From Amphiscolops sp. MND2022 (Eukaryota), in assembly GCA_964187785.1 (NCBI GenBank), contig OZ076409.1, positions 60,514,001 through 60,578,000 on the forward strand: a stretch of 64,000 bases of DNA. The letters are read 5' to 3'. Of the stretch, positions 10,310 through 23,029 are shown piece by piece. Made by a program: the position numbers and the translations under genes. Position 1 is the stretch's first letter; the number at the start of each line of letters is the position of its first letter. The notes below the pieces were generated by a model. It had not been told where the DNA came from. It saw only the letters and a program-made list of their open reading frames with translations, and did no database searches.

Positions 10310-13300
10310 TTAGGAAAGATTGGGAGAATCCGGGGACGGGAGAACGGGTGCGAGTTTGACGACGGGTCGAACTAAGTTTCCTGTTGCTGTTTTCAGTTCT
10401 GCAGAGCGGGCGACTGAGTCGGTTCCGTAGTTCAACTTAACCACTCGCGCAAGTGGGTAATGTCCTCGTGGACTCGTCGGTTCGACAATCCAGACGAGGT
10501 CTCCGGTGATGAGATCTCGCTCTGGTGGAGCCGACCACTTTGAACGACGGTTAAGTGAAGGGACGTACTCTCTTAACCAGCGTTCCCAAATAGCATCAGA
10601 ATATGCTTGAGCACGGACGTAACGCTTACGGTGGTCAATGTCAGCACGTTGGTGAGATGGCATCGTGGAACCCGCGGTTCCCAACAGGAAGTGATTAGGT
10701 GTCAGAGCGTCTAAATCCGTGGCGTCTGAACTTGCAGGTACGAGTGGGCGGGAATTGAGACTCTGCTCGACTAAACAAAACGTAGTTGTCAAAATCTCAT
10801 CTGTTAGTCGCCGGTTTCCAAGAATCGCGTAGAAGATGTGTTTAAAACTCCTTACAATACGTTCCCAGACACCTCCATGGTGGGGAGCACTTGGAGGATT
10901 AAACTTCTATTGGATCCGTTTTTTGACGAGCGTTTCCGACAAGGTTTGTTGGTTCCAAGCTGCTACGTTTTGTAACAATTCCTTTTCGCTGGCAACGAAA
11001 ATTGTACCATTGTCAGACCACAAGACAGATGGAGTGCCCCGGCGGGCAGCGAAGCGCTCTATTCCCATCACACAACTACTAGTGTCCATGGTAGGGACAA
11101 CTTCGAAGTGAACGGCTCTAGTAGTAAGACAGGTGAAAAGGAAACCCCATCGTTTCTCTGTTGACCTTTTAACAGAAACGTAGAAAGGTCCGAAGTAGTC
11201 GATGCCAGTATTAGTGAAAGGAGGTTCTCTGTAAGCTAGTCTTTCGCGGGGAAGATCTGCCATTATCGGATTGATTGTATTAGCTCGTCGTTTCCGGCAT
11301 GTAACACACTTCGAGACAACTGTTCGCAGGGATGCTCTAAGTTTGACGATAGCGAACTGTTGTTGCACTAGCGCCCTCAAATAGTCAATACCTTGATGAC
11401 AGTGTGTTTGATGGAGATGTTCTAAGAAAAGCCGGATAACAGGATGTCGGCTGTCGAGTAGAACTGGGTGTTTGGCATCAAAGTTGGACACTTCGAGTCG
11501 TTTCGTTCGACCGGTTGCTCGCAAGAGGCCTTGAGGCCCAATGAAGGGGGAAAATTGAAGGATTTTGGAAGAACTGTTGAGTGGAGATCCTTTCAACAGA
11601 CTCGTCTTCTCTGTAGGAAAAGACTCATGTTGCACGAGGTAGAAAAGTCTACATTGAGCATTCTCTAGTTCTTGGGGATCAGTGACAGAGGCCGAAATGG
11701 AACGGTATCCTTCGTTTTTCGGCAGTAAGCGCAAAGCGTAGGCAACAACGCGCAGGAGTTTCTCGTACGAGCCATACTTCTGCCACTCGAAAGTTGATGC
11801 GATGCTAGCTACTGTTGCACTTAATGCAGTGTCAGTTTCGAAAGTAGTGTAATTGGTTTCATGAAGCTCTGTCGTTTTTGCTTTCAGTTTGAATTTCACG
11901 TTTGTTGGTGGTACAAATGGCCAGTCGGGAGTTTTCAGAAACGAAGGTCCGGTGAGCCAAGGGCTGTCGCGAAGTGACTTGGCACAAATTCCGCGTGTCC
12001 CAACATCTGCCGGGTTATCACTTGACTTCACATAGTTCCATTCGTCTACTGTACTGAGTTCTAGGATTTCTGCTACACGGTTTGTAACAAAGACTGGCTG
12101 CTTTTCTAACGAGTTGAGCCAATGCAGGACCGTCGTGCTGTCAGTCCACATGAAAATCTTGTCAATCTTTAACGTGAGGGCATTTTGAATTTCTTTTCGA
12201 AGTCGTGCGGCGAGTAATGAGGCCTGTAACTCGAGCTTGGGAATCGTGAGGGCTTTCATAGGTGCCACTCTAGCTTTTCCGAAGACGAAAGCTAGTTCGG
12301 TACAGGTGCGGTTAGCAGCGGTTACCTTTCCTCGTAAAAAGGCGACGGCGCTGAAAACATCTTGTGAGCTATCACCAAACATGTGAAGCTCCATTGATTC
12401 CACACGTCCTTCGAAGTAGCTCCTTGGTATTTCAATTTCGCCCAACATTGTTAACTCTTCACTCCATTCAATGAACTTGGTTACAATCTCATCTGGTAGG
12501 TCATCGTCCCATTGTTGACCACTTAGTCTCCAGATGTCTTTCAACAATAACCTCGCTTGAACGGTGTAGGGAGCCACGAGGCCAATTGGGTCGTACACCG
12601 CTGAAACTAAGCTCAACACTACCCGTTGTGTTATCTTTTTCGTGGTGTCGGGACTTGTGCCTCGACTCACTACAAGGGTATCAGTTGAGTGATTCCATTT
12701 GAGTCCCAAAACGTGGGAACACTCTTCAGCGATTGGTATTTCTTTTTCTTGATTCGATGTGAGGTCTGGTTCGAGCTTGGTTGGCAGCTGGCTCACGTTA
12801 GAAACGAATTTGGTTAGCTTGAACCCGCCTTTTGCAAGTAGCTTTACTAGGTCCTTCGCTTTGTTGCTGGCATCTTCCACGGTAGGACTTGATTCCAGGT
12901 AGTCGTCCATGTAGAAGCTTCGATGGACACTTTGAGCTGCTTGCGGAAAATCGCTTTGATTGTCGGTACCGGTGCGTTTCAACGCGTAGTTGGCGCACGT
13001 GGGCGAGTCTTTGGAGCCAAAGATATGCCGGGTGTATTGGTATACAGCTATTTCGGAAGCTGGGTCTTCCCGCCACAGGAAACGAAGTGACGGTCGGTCG
13101 CGTGGAATAACTCCAACTTGGAGAAACATTCCTTCTATGTCGGCGGAGACAGCATACTTGAACTGTCGGAAACGAATTAGGATGTGGATTAAACTTTGTA
13201 GCAAATCCGGTCCAGTTAACAAGGCGTTGTTCAGGGATTTACTTTGAAACTTTGCTGCTCCGTTCAAAACTCTGCGGACTTTGCCAGGTTTATGTGGGTG

Positions 13301-16300
13301 GACAACTGGGTGGTGCGGCAGATACCACTCGCGAGGGTTGTCCACTTTGAAGCAGTCTGTTTTGTCGATTTTTTCAATATACCCTTTTTCTAAGTCATCT
13401 TGGATTGTTTTACCGTAGTGTTGTTTCAACTCGGGGTCTTTGCTGAAGCGCCTTTCCAGTGATTTTAGCTGTACCAGGGCAGAAAAGTAGTTATTCGGCA
13501 AGCTACTTCCGTCTTCTGCCCACAACATTCCCACTTGGTACCGGCAACCATCGTGGTACGTTGTTTCGTCAAGTATTTTCGACGCCCTCGCGTCGGCAGC
13601 GGAGCGCGAATCTGCTTGTTTGTACGTTCCGTACGATTCCATATCGTACCAGCTACGTAGTTGGTCAACAAGTTCGGTATCCAATTGTTTGTCACAAGTA
13701 ACAGCTTTAAAACATGTTGAATAGAAACCCGAGGTCGACGGTAGTGGCCCACTCAAAACCCAGCCCAATGGTAGACGGACGGCAACTGGAGTTTTTTTGC
13801 GGTCGGAATCAAAATACTCCAGCGGGCGGATCGAGTGAAACACATCCTGACCAAGGATCATTTCCACATCAGTGTAACTGTACTTTTTCAAAGCGATTGG
13901 TTCGAGGTGTGGGTACTTTGTTTTCAAAAAATCGACGTCAATGAAGTCAGTTCCAACACTAAGGTCCTCCCTGACGTACGGTTTTACAACAAAGGGCGAG
14001 CAAGAGCCACCTGAATGAACGGGTGTCAACTTAAGCTCTACCATTTGTGTGTCAACAACTTGGTTAGAATTAATCCCGTGGACGGTGAGTTGGGTTGGTT
14101 TGCCATTAACATTCAACTTTTTTGCCAGATTCGCGGAGATCCAGGAATGGCTGCAGGCAGAATCACACAGCGCTAAAACTTTTTCCGACTTACCATGTGA
14201 CTGAAGTTCGACTTCCGTTACTTGTAGTAATCCTTTGACATCTGTGACGGAAGGCATGCCTGAGCTTTCTTCTGGTTTCTCGCTGTTTATCGATGTGCCA
14301 ATGCAACCAGATGTTTCGGGTTTTACTTTGCTGCTACTGACAGCATTCTTTGTGAAAATCCGCTCAGCTCCGTGCAAGAAGGTGTTGTGTGAGCTTTCAC
14401 ATCCATCTTTGGTGCACTTGCGGGGCTGTGGACACTGTCGGAACGAGTGATTGGGTTGGAAGCACGAAAAACAAAGCTTGTTGTCCGCCACAATTCTTGC
14501 TCTTTCCGTGGGTGTCTTTTTTCTGAAAACTGGACATCTCCACAACGGATGTTTGTCTTTACAGGCGACACAGTTTGACAGTTGTTCCACTTTACTCTTC
14601 GAATTCGAACGTTGTTGGCTAGACGAGGCTGTCGAGGCAAAAACTTTGGAGACAGTTTTAGTCTTGGTTGCAGTGATGGTACTGTCTTCGGTTTTTGGCT
14701 TGAGGGACGCTGACTTCATGCGCTCGTGCGCTTCAGCCTTATCTTTTAGCCAGTCGTTGAAATCGATCAGTGTTGGCCTGTCCAATGTTCGCTTCACCGT
14801 GTGCATTGACCATGCTTCTTTCATATTCGGTGGAAGCTTTTGCACCGCTTGTCCCAGCAGTGATGCACTGGATAGATCTTGAAGGTAATTCAAAGAGCGG
14901 AAGACTCCGACTAAAGAACAGATGGTCGCCGAGTAACTGATGATGTTCTCACTGTTGTGCATCTTTAGAGGTGGGAAGTTCGATAACTTGTCGAGGTACG
15001 CAGTTACTACAGTCTGGGGCTGGCCGAATTTTCGCTCTAAAGCCTTTAACGCGTCTTTATACATTGCTCCACAGTAAGCGAATCCGGAAATAGCCGTCTT
15101 GGCTTTACCTGTTACGAGGGTCTTCAGGTATGTTAGCTTGACATCGTCTGTTAGTGGGGCCGAATCGATAGCGCTTTTGAATTGGCCGAACCACTCGTGC
15201 CACTGTAGCGGATCGCCACTGTATTGCGCTAACTTCCACTCGGGCAGATGGTCTTTCTTCGTTGAAGCTAACAAAAGCGCAAGATCTTGAAGAGAAAACC
15301 CAGTTGTACTTGGTTGCTGTATCAACGTGGTTCCTGCAGGCACAAAAGTTGGAGCGGTTGGACTCAAAGTCGTGGTTGGTTGCGTTGTGGTATATACAGT
15401 GGGGTTACTAAGAGTTGTCAGCGGAACATAATACACAGCTCCCCCAACGGGTATTGATGGTACGCTGCTGACCGGTGTGATAGCTACAGGAATGGTAGAC
15501 ACACTTGCGGGAGGTGTCTGGGGTGAAGCTGTTGTAACAATTGGTGTCGGATTAATGGTCGGGTTAGGGAATGTCCATGCGGATAAGTTTGGTAGGAGGT
15601 GGTTCACCGGCATTGTGAACGTTGGCATCCTTGGCGGTACCAATGGCGGCTGCGGGACGTGTGAGAAAGTACTGGTTGCCTGGAGAATAGGCAACTGTTG
15701 TGAAATGGCCGGTGTTGATGGTCCGGGGACTGGCACGGTAGGTTCCGTAGGTGTAAGTGATGTTACTGCCTGTGCTACAGCATTAGGACCCACGGTTGGC
15801 ACCGGAACAACTGTTGTTGGGACACCAACTGCTGTTGGCGCTTGGTTTGTACCGTCCGGTGTCATGGTAGTTGGATCAGCATTACCCAGTGGCGGAAGCG
15901 AAGATGTCACTGCGGTAGTAGTAGCAATCGACGTTGCAATGCCAATGGGAACCACTGCTTGCGGTTGGGTATTGTTGATAGTAACAACCGGGGAGTTGTT
16001 GATCCATTCGTTTATCCTTTGATTCTCGTTGGCTGCGCTTGTACCACTCAGTCGTGACAAAGTTTCGTGCAAATCCTCATTGGCTTCGGAAAGATCATCT
16101 TGGAGTTCCAACTCCACAAGGTGAGCTGCTGCCAGTCGTTTCCGGTTTTCTTCTTGTAGCTGCTCTAATTCGAGCTCTTGCTTCTGCTTAGCTAGTCGTA
16201 AAGCGGCTTCGTTCTGCCTTTCTACCTCTTCTCGCTTATGCTGAGCAATAAGCAATTCGCGTTGTCTTTGACTGGAGGACTTAGATACCTTGCTACTAGA

Positions 16301-16684
16301 AGCTTTACTGGATTTCACCTTTTTTGAAGTCCTAGCTGAAGATTGTGATGACCGTTCAACGTTAGGGCACTGGTCTATATACTCCCTTGCACTCCTGAGA
16401 ATTTCATCGTTTTGAACAGTGGTGTCATTCAGCCACTTTTCCAAATCGGCTTTTACAGATGCAGGGTCACTTGTTTTCTTAGCAAGTTCGAGGAGCTGTT
16501 CATTCTTGGAGAACGCTTTGGTCATGGCTTCTTCGCAGTAAGTGACCAACCGTTCGATGCGGACGCGTCTCTCGGCATTGTTAACTGCTTCTGTCACTTC
16601 CCTTTGAATTTTGTTTAGGTCGGCCTCGGCTTTCGCACGACTGTCAAACAACTTCTGTACTTTCTCGTGAACGGGGTCAGACAT
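10310..16684 (-). CDS. BEL Gag-Pol polyprotein with one in-frame premature stop at 10907-10909
   Basis: 1925-aa ORF with three Cys/His knuckles, protease ALCDSA, RT YMDD, RNase H FGDSS/DNPAD and integrase; continues in the same frame after RIQ*KFNPP to 10310 (LTPNHFL, RPVVKL). Confidence 0.93.
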
Positions 16685-17109
16685 GATAATGTCGAAAGTG
16701 GAAATCGGTAACCGTTTGTACTTTTCCCGACGTCAACCAAACAATCAAGTTTGGACGCAGTTCAAGGAAATGTTTAGTGGTGAGGAATACGGGGTCAATC
16801 AGTGACAGCACGGTGTTTATACAGTGCTTAGAGAAAGAAATTGGCGGTTTTTTGGTTTTAAGTTAAAAGTAGTCACAGACTACGAGGACGGAACACGATA
16901 AACTCAAAGTCGCGTCGACTCAACGCGGTAACAGTTGACGGTGGTGCGGGTGAGGGACGAAACGACTTTCAGAGTATCAACCAGTCAGTCAAGGCTGGAC
17001 ACAACTCTGAAAGAAGGAGGAAGAGCTGAAGAAACTTCAACCGATCAGTGAAGTTCGGACACTGTCTCGACAGCTGGAACCAGCGGGGGGGGGGGGTTGT
17101 CAACTGAGA

Positions 17110-17718
17110 CTAAAAGGAGGCAGCGGCTCTCTTAGCAGCGTTCCGGGCACGCTTACTTGGCCGTTTGGGTCGGCTTTTATCAGTTATTGAGGACAGTTCG
17201 TTCTCATTACGGAGCAGAAAGTACAAGTTTTTCAGTTCAAGCTCAGGGCTCTGATGCAGTGCTTTAAATTTTTTCAAAAGGTCGGCATCCTTCTGTTTTT
17301 TCAGGGAAATAAAGTCTTTGACTATATCGAATACTTTGATATCAAGATCGGTTTCCAATGTTTTCAATGATTCAAAGATCTCGGGGGTACGAAAGCGGTG
17401 GCAATACACCAGAGCACTGAGTTTTTTCTGAATGTGTTTCAAAATTTCAATTAATTCTGACACTGATAATGCACAAAAGTTATTACTATGATGTCGGGAA
17501 ATGCTGTTATTTAGGACATCGTGCCAAATGACAATGTTGGTTTTGTCTTTCAGATCTTTCGAAAGCAAATTTTGAACAATTTTTCTGGGGTTTTTCGTGT
17601 TCGGATTAAGACTTAGGCCCGGGATCGAATAGATTTTCTCTTTATAACGGTTGTTGTCTTCAGGGGTCAAAGTTTCTAAAGCATGATGTAGCGAACTTGC
17701 TGCTATTATGAAAACCAT
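17110..17718 (-). CDS. Extra BEL ORF upstream of gag-pol, SGNH/GDSL-hydrolase-like
   Basis: Intact ~202-aa ORF from the ATG at 17718. Motifs resembling SGNH blocks I, II, III and V: VFIIAASS, YSIPGL, IVIWHDVLNNSI, KALHQS; basic C-terminal tail. Confidence 0.55.
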   Translation of the reverse strand: MVFIIAASSLHHALETLTPEDNNRYKEKIYSIPGLSLNPNTKNPRKIVQNLLSKDLKDKTNIVIWHDVLNNSISRHHSNNFCALSVSELIEILKHIQKKLSALVYCHRFRTPEIFESLKTLETDLDIKVFDIVKDFISLKKQKDADLLKKFKALHQSPELELKNLYFLLRNENELSSITDKSRPKRPSKRARNAAKRAAASF

Positions 17719-18656
17719 GAGTGTTTTTTCGTTCAATGTTTTACCAAATCCAAATGAGGCAAAAATTGGCTTTCTATAAATTACATTTACATATTGACAT
17801 GAAAAGTCATTTATTTTCAAGACTTCATTTTTCAAGAAAAATTCAGCAAGTTGACCGCCGGCACTTAATCTTCAGAAATGTGACCCTTGATAACCAAATT
17901 TTAGCAAAATCGGACGAAACTTACCAATCACTAGACAAAACAAAGTGATGGTAGTTTAGATATTCGAAAACGGTAGCTTCCCAAGTTCAAACTTCTTGAG
18001 AGTTCATCTAATGGATATTTACGGACGCTAGTAACGTTATATTGCTATCTCGATATTACAGCACCTTATAATGAAGTTTTCTGAACAGTACATGAGTTGT
18101 TTATTTCCACATAACCGTTTTCCCCTGGCAAGAGGTTGTTCTGATGATGAGACACTTTTCTGGGTTTCTTTGGGCCCCCTTGGGTGTCTGAGTTTACTGT
18201 GGTTGAGTGGGCGCCTCGTTGGGTTCAAGGGATCGGCGGTGTTTGAGAATTTCTGATGGTTTGATCAAAGTTACTGGGCCTTCCGGATTTGAAGAATCAT
18301 TCGGTGTAAGAAGTTTGACTATCTGCTTTCATGCCCCGCAAATCCAACAAATATAATCTGAGTGCTGTGATTGATTCAGGCGGGTATTCATCTTTCAGAT
18401 GGAAGCAGACAATATAATGGAAGCTAACTTGATCAGAGGTAAAAACTGTGCATGGTTGATCAAAGAAGCGCAACTCAATAATTAGATACAATTTGTTTCG
18501 CAGGCAAGTTATTCTTCGAGTAAATGTTGACGATTCGAGTGAAAGCGAAATTTATATTCTGATCAGATGGTTTTTTCGATAAATATATTTCATTATGAGA
18601 CAGTTCGATCACATGTTGACACTAAATCCTGGTTTACTATCCTGGTCTGGACACCA

Positions 18657-19004
18657 TAAAGAAACTGTATATTCGAATCGCCTTCGGCTAATAATACAGT
18701 CCGTTTGCAAAGAGTTTTTTGAACGCAATATTAAAACATTCAAAGACATCAGTGAATAAATCGAAACAACTTGCAAAAGATCAATATTGTTTACAAATAT
18801 AATTAAACAAATTAAAGTTTCGAGATAGCAAATTATTTGAATGATATTTGAAAAATATATTTTACTATTTTCAGAAGTAGCAAATATTTGACGGTTTCGG
18901 GAATCGAACCGGTAACCTTCAAATTCCGAGTCCCATACTCTACCGACCGTGCTACGGTCACTTAATTTTGTTTGTTTTAATTCAACCATATTTGCTTTGC
19001 AACA
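18657..19004 (-). repeat. BEL 5' LTR
   Basis: Direct repeat of 9804-10151; followed by the PBS at 18639-18656. Confidence 0.95.
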
Positions 19005-19539
19005 CTGGGAGAGAGAATGGAACTGGAAATGGCATGCCTGCTTCTCACTCCAGATGCCCCCATTCTGGTCATGATTCATCGCACTTCACACGGCGGGAGG
19101 CATGCTCAACTTGACAAAACATGACTTGATCTAATAAAATTTGTGACGTCGTTTTCTTACAATTTGGAAACGACAGTTGGTTACAGGGTTTTCTTGATTA
19201 TTTTTTTGAAATACTGTCAAAATTTTTCGAAAGAAGTGTTCAGGGATTGCTTGATTTTCTTCGTTTTCAACTTACTCTTTTTTAAATCAAATCTTTCTGA
19301 AAGTAAATTCTGAGTCCTATTTAAAGCGAGTCAATCTGACGCCAAAAATGGCGATAAATAAATCATTTTTGTCTCAACTGTCGACTCGATTTCATCATTG
19401 ACCTCAATCGAAATCTTATTGCTTCCGAATTGAATAAACAATTTCAAAAAGTGTAACACCTAAGATAGAACAAAATTGTGAGCTTGTTTATGAAGTGAGG
19501 CTTCATTTAATTTTCCTCAGTGCCCTGGTCGAGAAAAAA

Positions 19540-19748
19540 TGCGTTCCTTGCAAGGATCTTGCAAGATCCTTGTAAAAATGCAATTACTTGTAAGATCTTG
19601 CAAGGAAATTTGTTCCTTGCAAGATCTTGCAAGGAAATGTTTTCCTTGAAAGATCTTGCAAGGAAATGTTTTCCTTGAAAGATCTTGCAAGGAAATTTTT
19701 TCCTTGAAAGATCTTGCAAGGAAATGCTTTCCTTGCAAGATTCTTGAG
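19540..19748. repeat. Tandem array of a ~29-bp palindromic unit (MITE-like fragment)
   Basis: About 6-7 copies of TTCCTTG(C/A)AAGATCTTGCAAGGAA, a near-perfect palindrome. Confidence 0.8.
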
Positions 19749-22700
19749 TTCAATGTACTTCATACTGAGAAATTGTTAACGTAGTCGTGATTTGAGAATA
19801 ATGTCAAAAACGTTAATAACTATTATTTCAGAAGGGTAATTTAACAAATTTCCATGGAAACTGAAAAATGCTAACACGGAGAAACCTGATTATTTTGTGT
19901 GCCTAGTGGTACTGCATAATTTTGGGCATGTTACCATGTTTTTAATTGCGACCAGAAGTGTGTGGGAAGTGGAAAACAGACTGAACTTGTTGGCTCTGCA
20001 GAACCGAGAATGGCACTCAGAGTGCTTCTCGGAGGAACACATTCAACTCTTCTACAGAGGAATCAGCCACTTCACCACATTGCTCATGTATGTCGTCACT
20101 CCGGCCGTCACAAGGACCAGCGATTGACCTCTTGACCTCTTGACCACCGGAGATTGGCCAGTTACCTCTTTTGCAAAACGATGAGCCTTGTTGTTTGACC
20201 TGTTTCAGTTGATTGACAGCAACATGCACTTCGTTGGTGTGACCTTTGCTATGTGTTGACCTTGCCCTCACTTGCTGGTTGACCTGACCCTGACTAGGTG
20301 TTTGACTTTACACAATTTACATGTTTTCCAGTTGACCTATTGTCACGGGTTACCTTGTCCTGTGATTGACGCGCCCTCAAGACTGGCATGACATGAAAGG
20401 GATGACATGATAGTCAATCGTCAAGTAAAAAATCCACTAGTCTTTAAACCTTATGTTTGATTTCTTAAAAAATCCAAAATCAAGAACCACTGAATTTTTT
20501 CTGTGATTGCCAAAAAAACCATAAAAGGAAGTTGATTCCCCAAATATCGAGAACTAGGCGAGTTAAAATAAAGGACAGGAACAAGAAGATCATTTATGCT
20601 CTTATCCCGTCCTTATTGGGTACTTAAATTACAGTTTATTTTGTAACTATGCTTCATCTACCTAATTGAATTAACTATTCTATTCTTTTCAAGGTTGTTT
20701 TTGAGTAGTGGGTCTTGGTAACACATGTGGCACTTCTTTTTGCTCTCTCTTTCAGGAATCCTTTCAGGCCCAACATTTGAGGAATCGATCAAATTGTTGT
20801 GAACATTTTCAGCTCTTTCCACAAATTCCAAGCAAGGCACTTCAGGACATGGCTGATTTTGTTTCTGGTATCACTTAATAGCTTTTTGTGTATCATTTTC
20901 TTATCTGTAACAGATCTTTTTGTATAACTGTTTAATATGATGATTTTATTTGTGGTATGTTGGTGTTTCGTACTTGGTAATATACTTGTTTCGTCCAAAC
21001 CAGTCATATGATTTCTTGGATCTTTTTGAAAAAAAAATATTTGATGCACAAATGCCGAGTACCTGCGTTAATGATCGATACTTTTTTAATATCACGAAGT
21101 GTTCTTTCAAATTTTGTTAACGTTGAATCTTCGAAAAATTCTTCATTATTTTTCAAGTTCATCACAAAAAACGGTTTTAACGCAGGGACTAGGTTCTTTA
21201 ATGTTAGTGTTTTTAGTCTTGAATGTTTTCGTAAGCATTGATCTCATGATCTTTAATCTAGTGTTTCAGTACGATATATGATTGGTTACACTTTGAACAT
21301 TCTCATAGGTGCAGTATTGCATGCTCTGAAAATCAAAAATTGTACCTTGTTCATAATATTAGTTTCAAATGTCATTATCAAAAAATTTTCCATGAAAAAC
21401 TTTTAATCAAGTCATTCAATCATTTAACAATATATTTGAAAGATAGGATAAAATTAAACGAATCGAGAATTTAGATTACTTACTTTAGAGACAAGTGAAA
21501 AGGAAAGGTCGCCGCTACAAGACCTTAATTGCGCTTGCTTAGTTTTGCATCTGCGCGGTAACTTGGATTGGAATCAGGAAATTCTATCACATGCTTTCTG
21601 TCCCAACTTATTCGTATCGTAACGTTTCTTCCTGACACCATTAGATCTAGGGTAGTAAAGTTCCCTTTCGGCAATTACATGTGCAAAATGACTTGCGAAA
21701 TCTGTTGCAAAAATGCATTAAATGGTTTGAGCTAATTTACTTGAGATACATGCATTTTCCTCGAAAAAAGTTAGGTAAGAAGACTACCATGAAAAATGAC
21801 GGGTACCAGAGAAACAGAGCAATTTTGCCTGAGAAAGTCTGAGAGGGCCGAATGAGAAAAACATGTGATTTACAAATGAAAAAACTTTAATGACCTTTGT
21901 GCCTTAGGTAACTAAACGGTTGACGCGGGTGCAATTTCGTCTGCGGTTACGTTACTAATTGAGCTCAACGTTCACTAGATTTTCAGGGAGTAATATTTGT
22001 AACGTCGCGGTGAAATGTCTAGAAGCAAAACGCAAAAACGCTCAAGAAAGTTTATTTTGGAACCAATAGGAAAAAAATTATACTTCATCAAAAGACACGT
22101 CATTCGAGCAAAACCTCGAATTTTAATCAGGAATATACAGGGGTATGTTTTATTGTGAACTCACGCAAAAAAACTACAAAACAGAGTACCTAACAGAAAC
22201 CGTCGTAAATTTTTTAATTTTTGGTATTTTTGGACGTTTATTATGCAATGTCTGGAAAGGCTGTTCCCAACGAAACTTTTTTGAGACAAACTTTGTATAT
22301 TTGATTCAGATTTGTAACTTTTCAATTTAACACTTTCTGAAAATGCCATCCTTTAGAGTCTACACCGTAAAAGGATCGCAAAAGTGAGATATTCAACTTT
22401 TACAATGTAAAGTTTTGTTTTTACGAAAATCCAAGTGTTTTTGGCTGTTTATTTTAGGAAAAAATTCTCGGGAAAAAATGAAGGTAAAAATTAAAGAACG
22501 GTGTCAAGAATACAAAAATGCCCGAAAGGTGTTTTTCATTCGACTTAGTTGACAGACGTTTACTGTGACAGAAACTTATGGCTTATAACAATAATGGGAA
22601 GATTTTGCGTGTCTGAAAAAGTATTCAAAAACACGAGCTTGCGTTAGGGTCAGTGCAAAATGTTCTGATTTTTTTGATAGCCATGTGGGTATCAGGCAAA

Positions 22701-23029
22701 GCGATAATTTGTCACCTCTACTTTTTACTATTTTTATCAATGATTTTGAACCTTTTCTTAGAAACAAGTGTAACGATCGAATTTTACTGAAAAAGTTTGT
22801 CGAAAGAAAATCTTGGTGAACAACAAACTCAAAGTTTTTTGAACCTCCTCGTCCTACTAAATCTTGATGATACTATCATACTAACCTAGAGCGAAGATGA
22901 CATGCAGAAAACACTGCAGACGATATCTGATTACTGTAAGACTTCGAATATGAAAATCATTTGCGATAAAACAAAACACATAATTTTTCCCGTGGTAAAG
23001 TCCGCAATGCCAAATCGATGTGAATAAAC

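Larger units (their letters stand above)
9804..19004 (-). mobile_element. BEL/Pao LTR retrotransposon, full length and recent
   Basis: 348-bp LTRs that look identical by eye; 5-bp TSD CTGGG (9799-9803, 19005-19009); PBS TGGTGTCCAGACCAGGAT; PPT-like GGGCCCGGAGGA; gag-pol with BEL-type motifs. Confidence 0.97.
9144..20127 (+). pseudogene. Divergent ARF-family small-GTPase-like gene A, exon 2 interrupted by the BEL element
   Basis: Exon 1 9144-9328 (SVLIAGMDAGTRQALL...VIWDF). Exon 2 starts at 9726 and reads KKGLIFLVDADQPFKLG|ERMELEM...DAPILVMI once the BEL element and one TSD are removed. Last exon ~19860-20127 (LNLLALQNREW), similar to the ARF/ARL C-terminus. Confidence 0.6.

Noticed and set aside
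20640..21360. Minus-strand coding-like remnant with Cys motifs
   Set aside because: Too fragmented; no diagnostic motif to assign it to a gene or transposase family.
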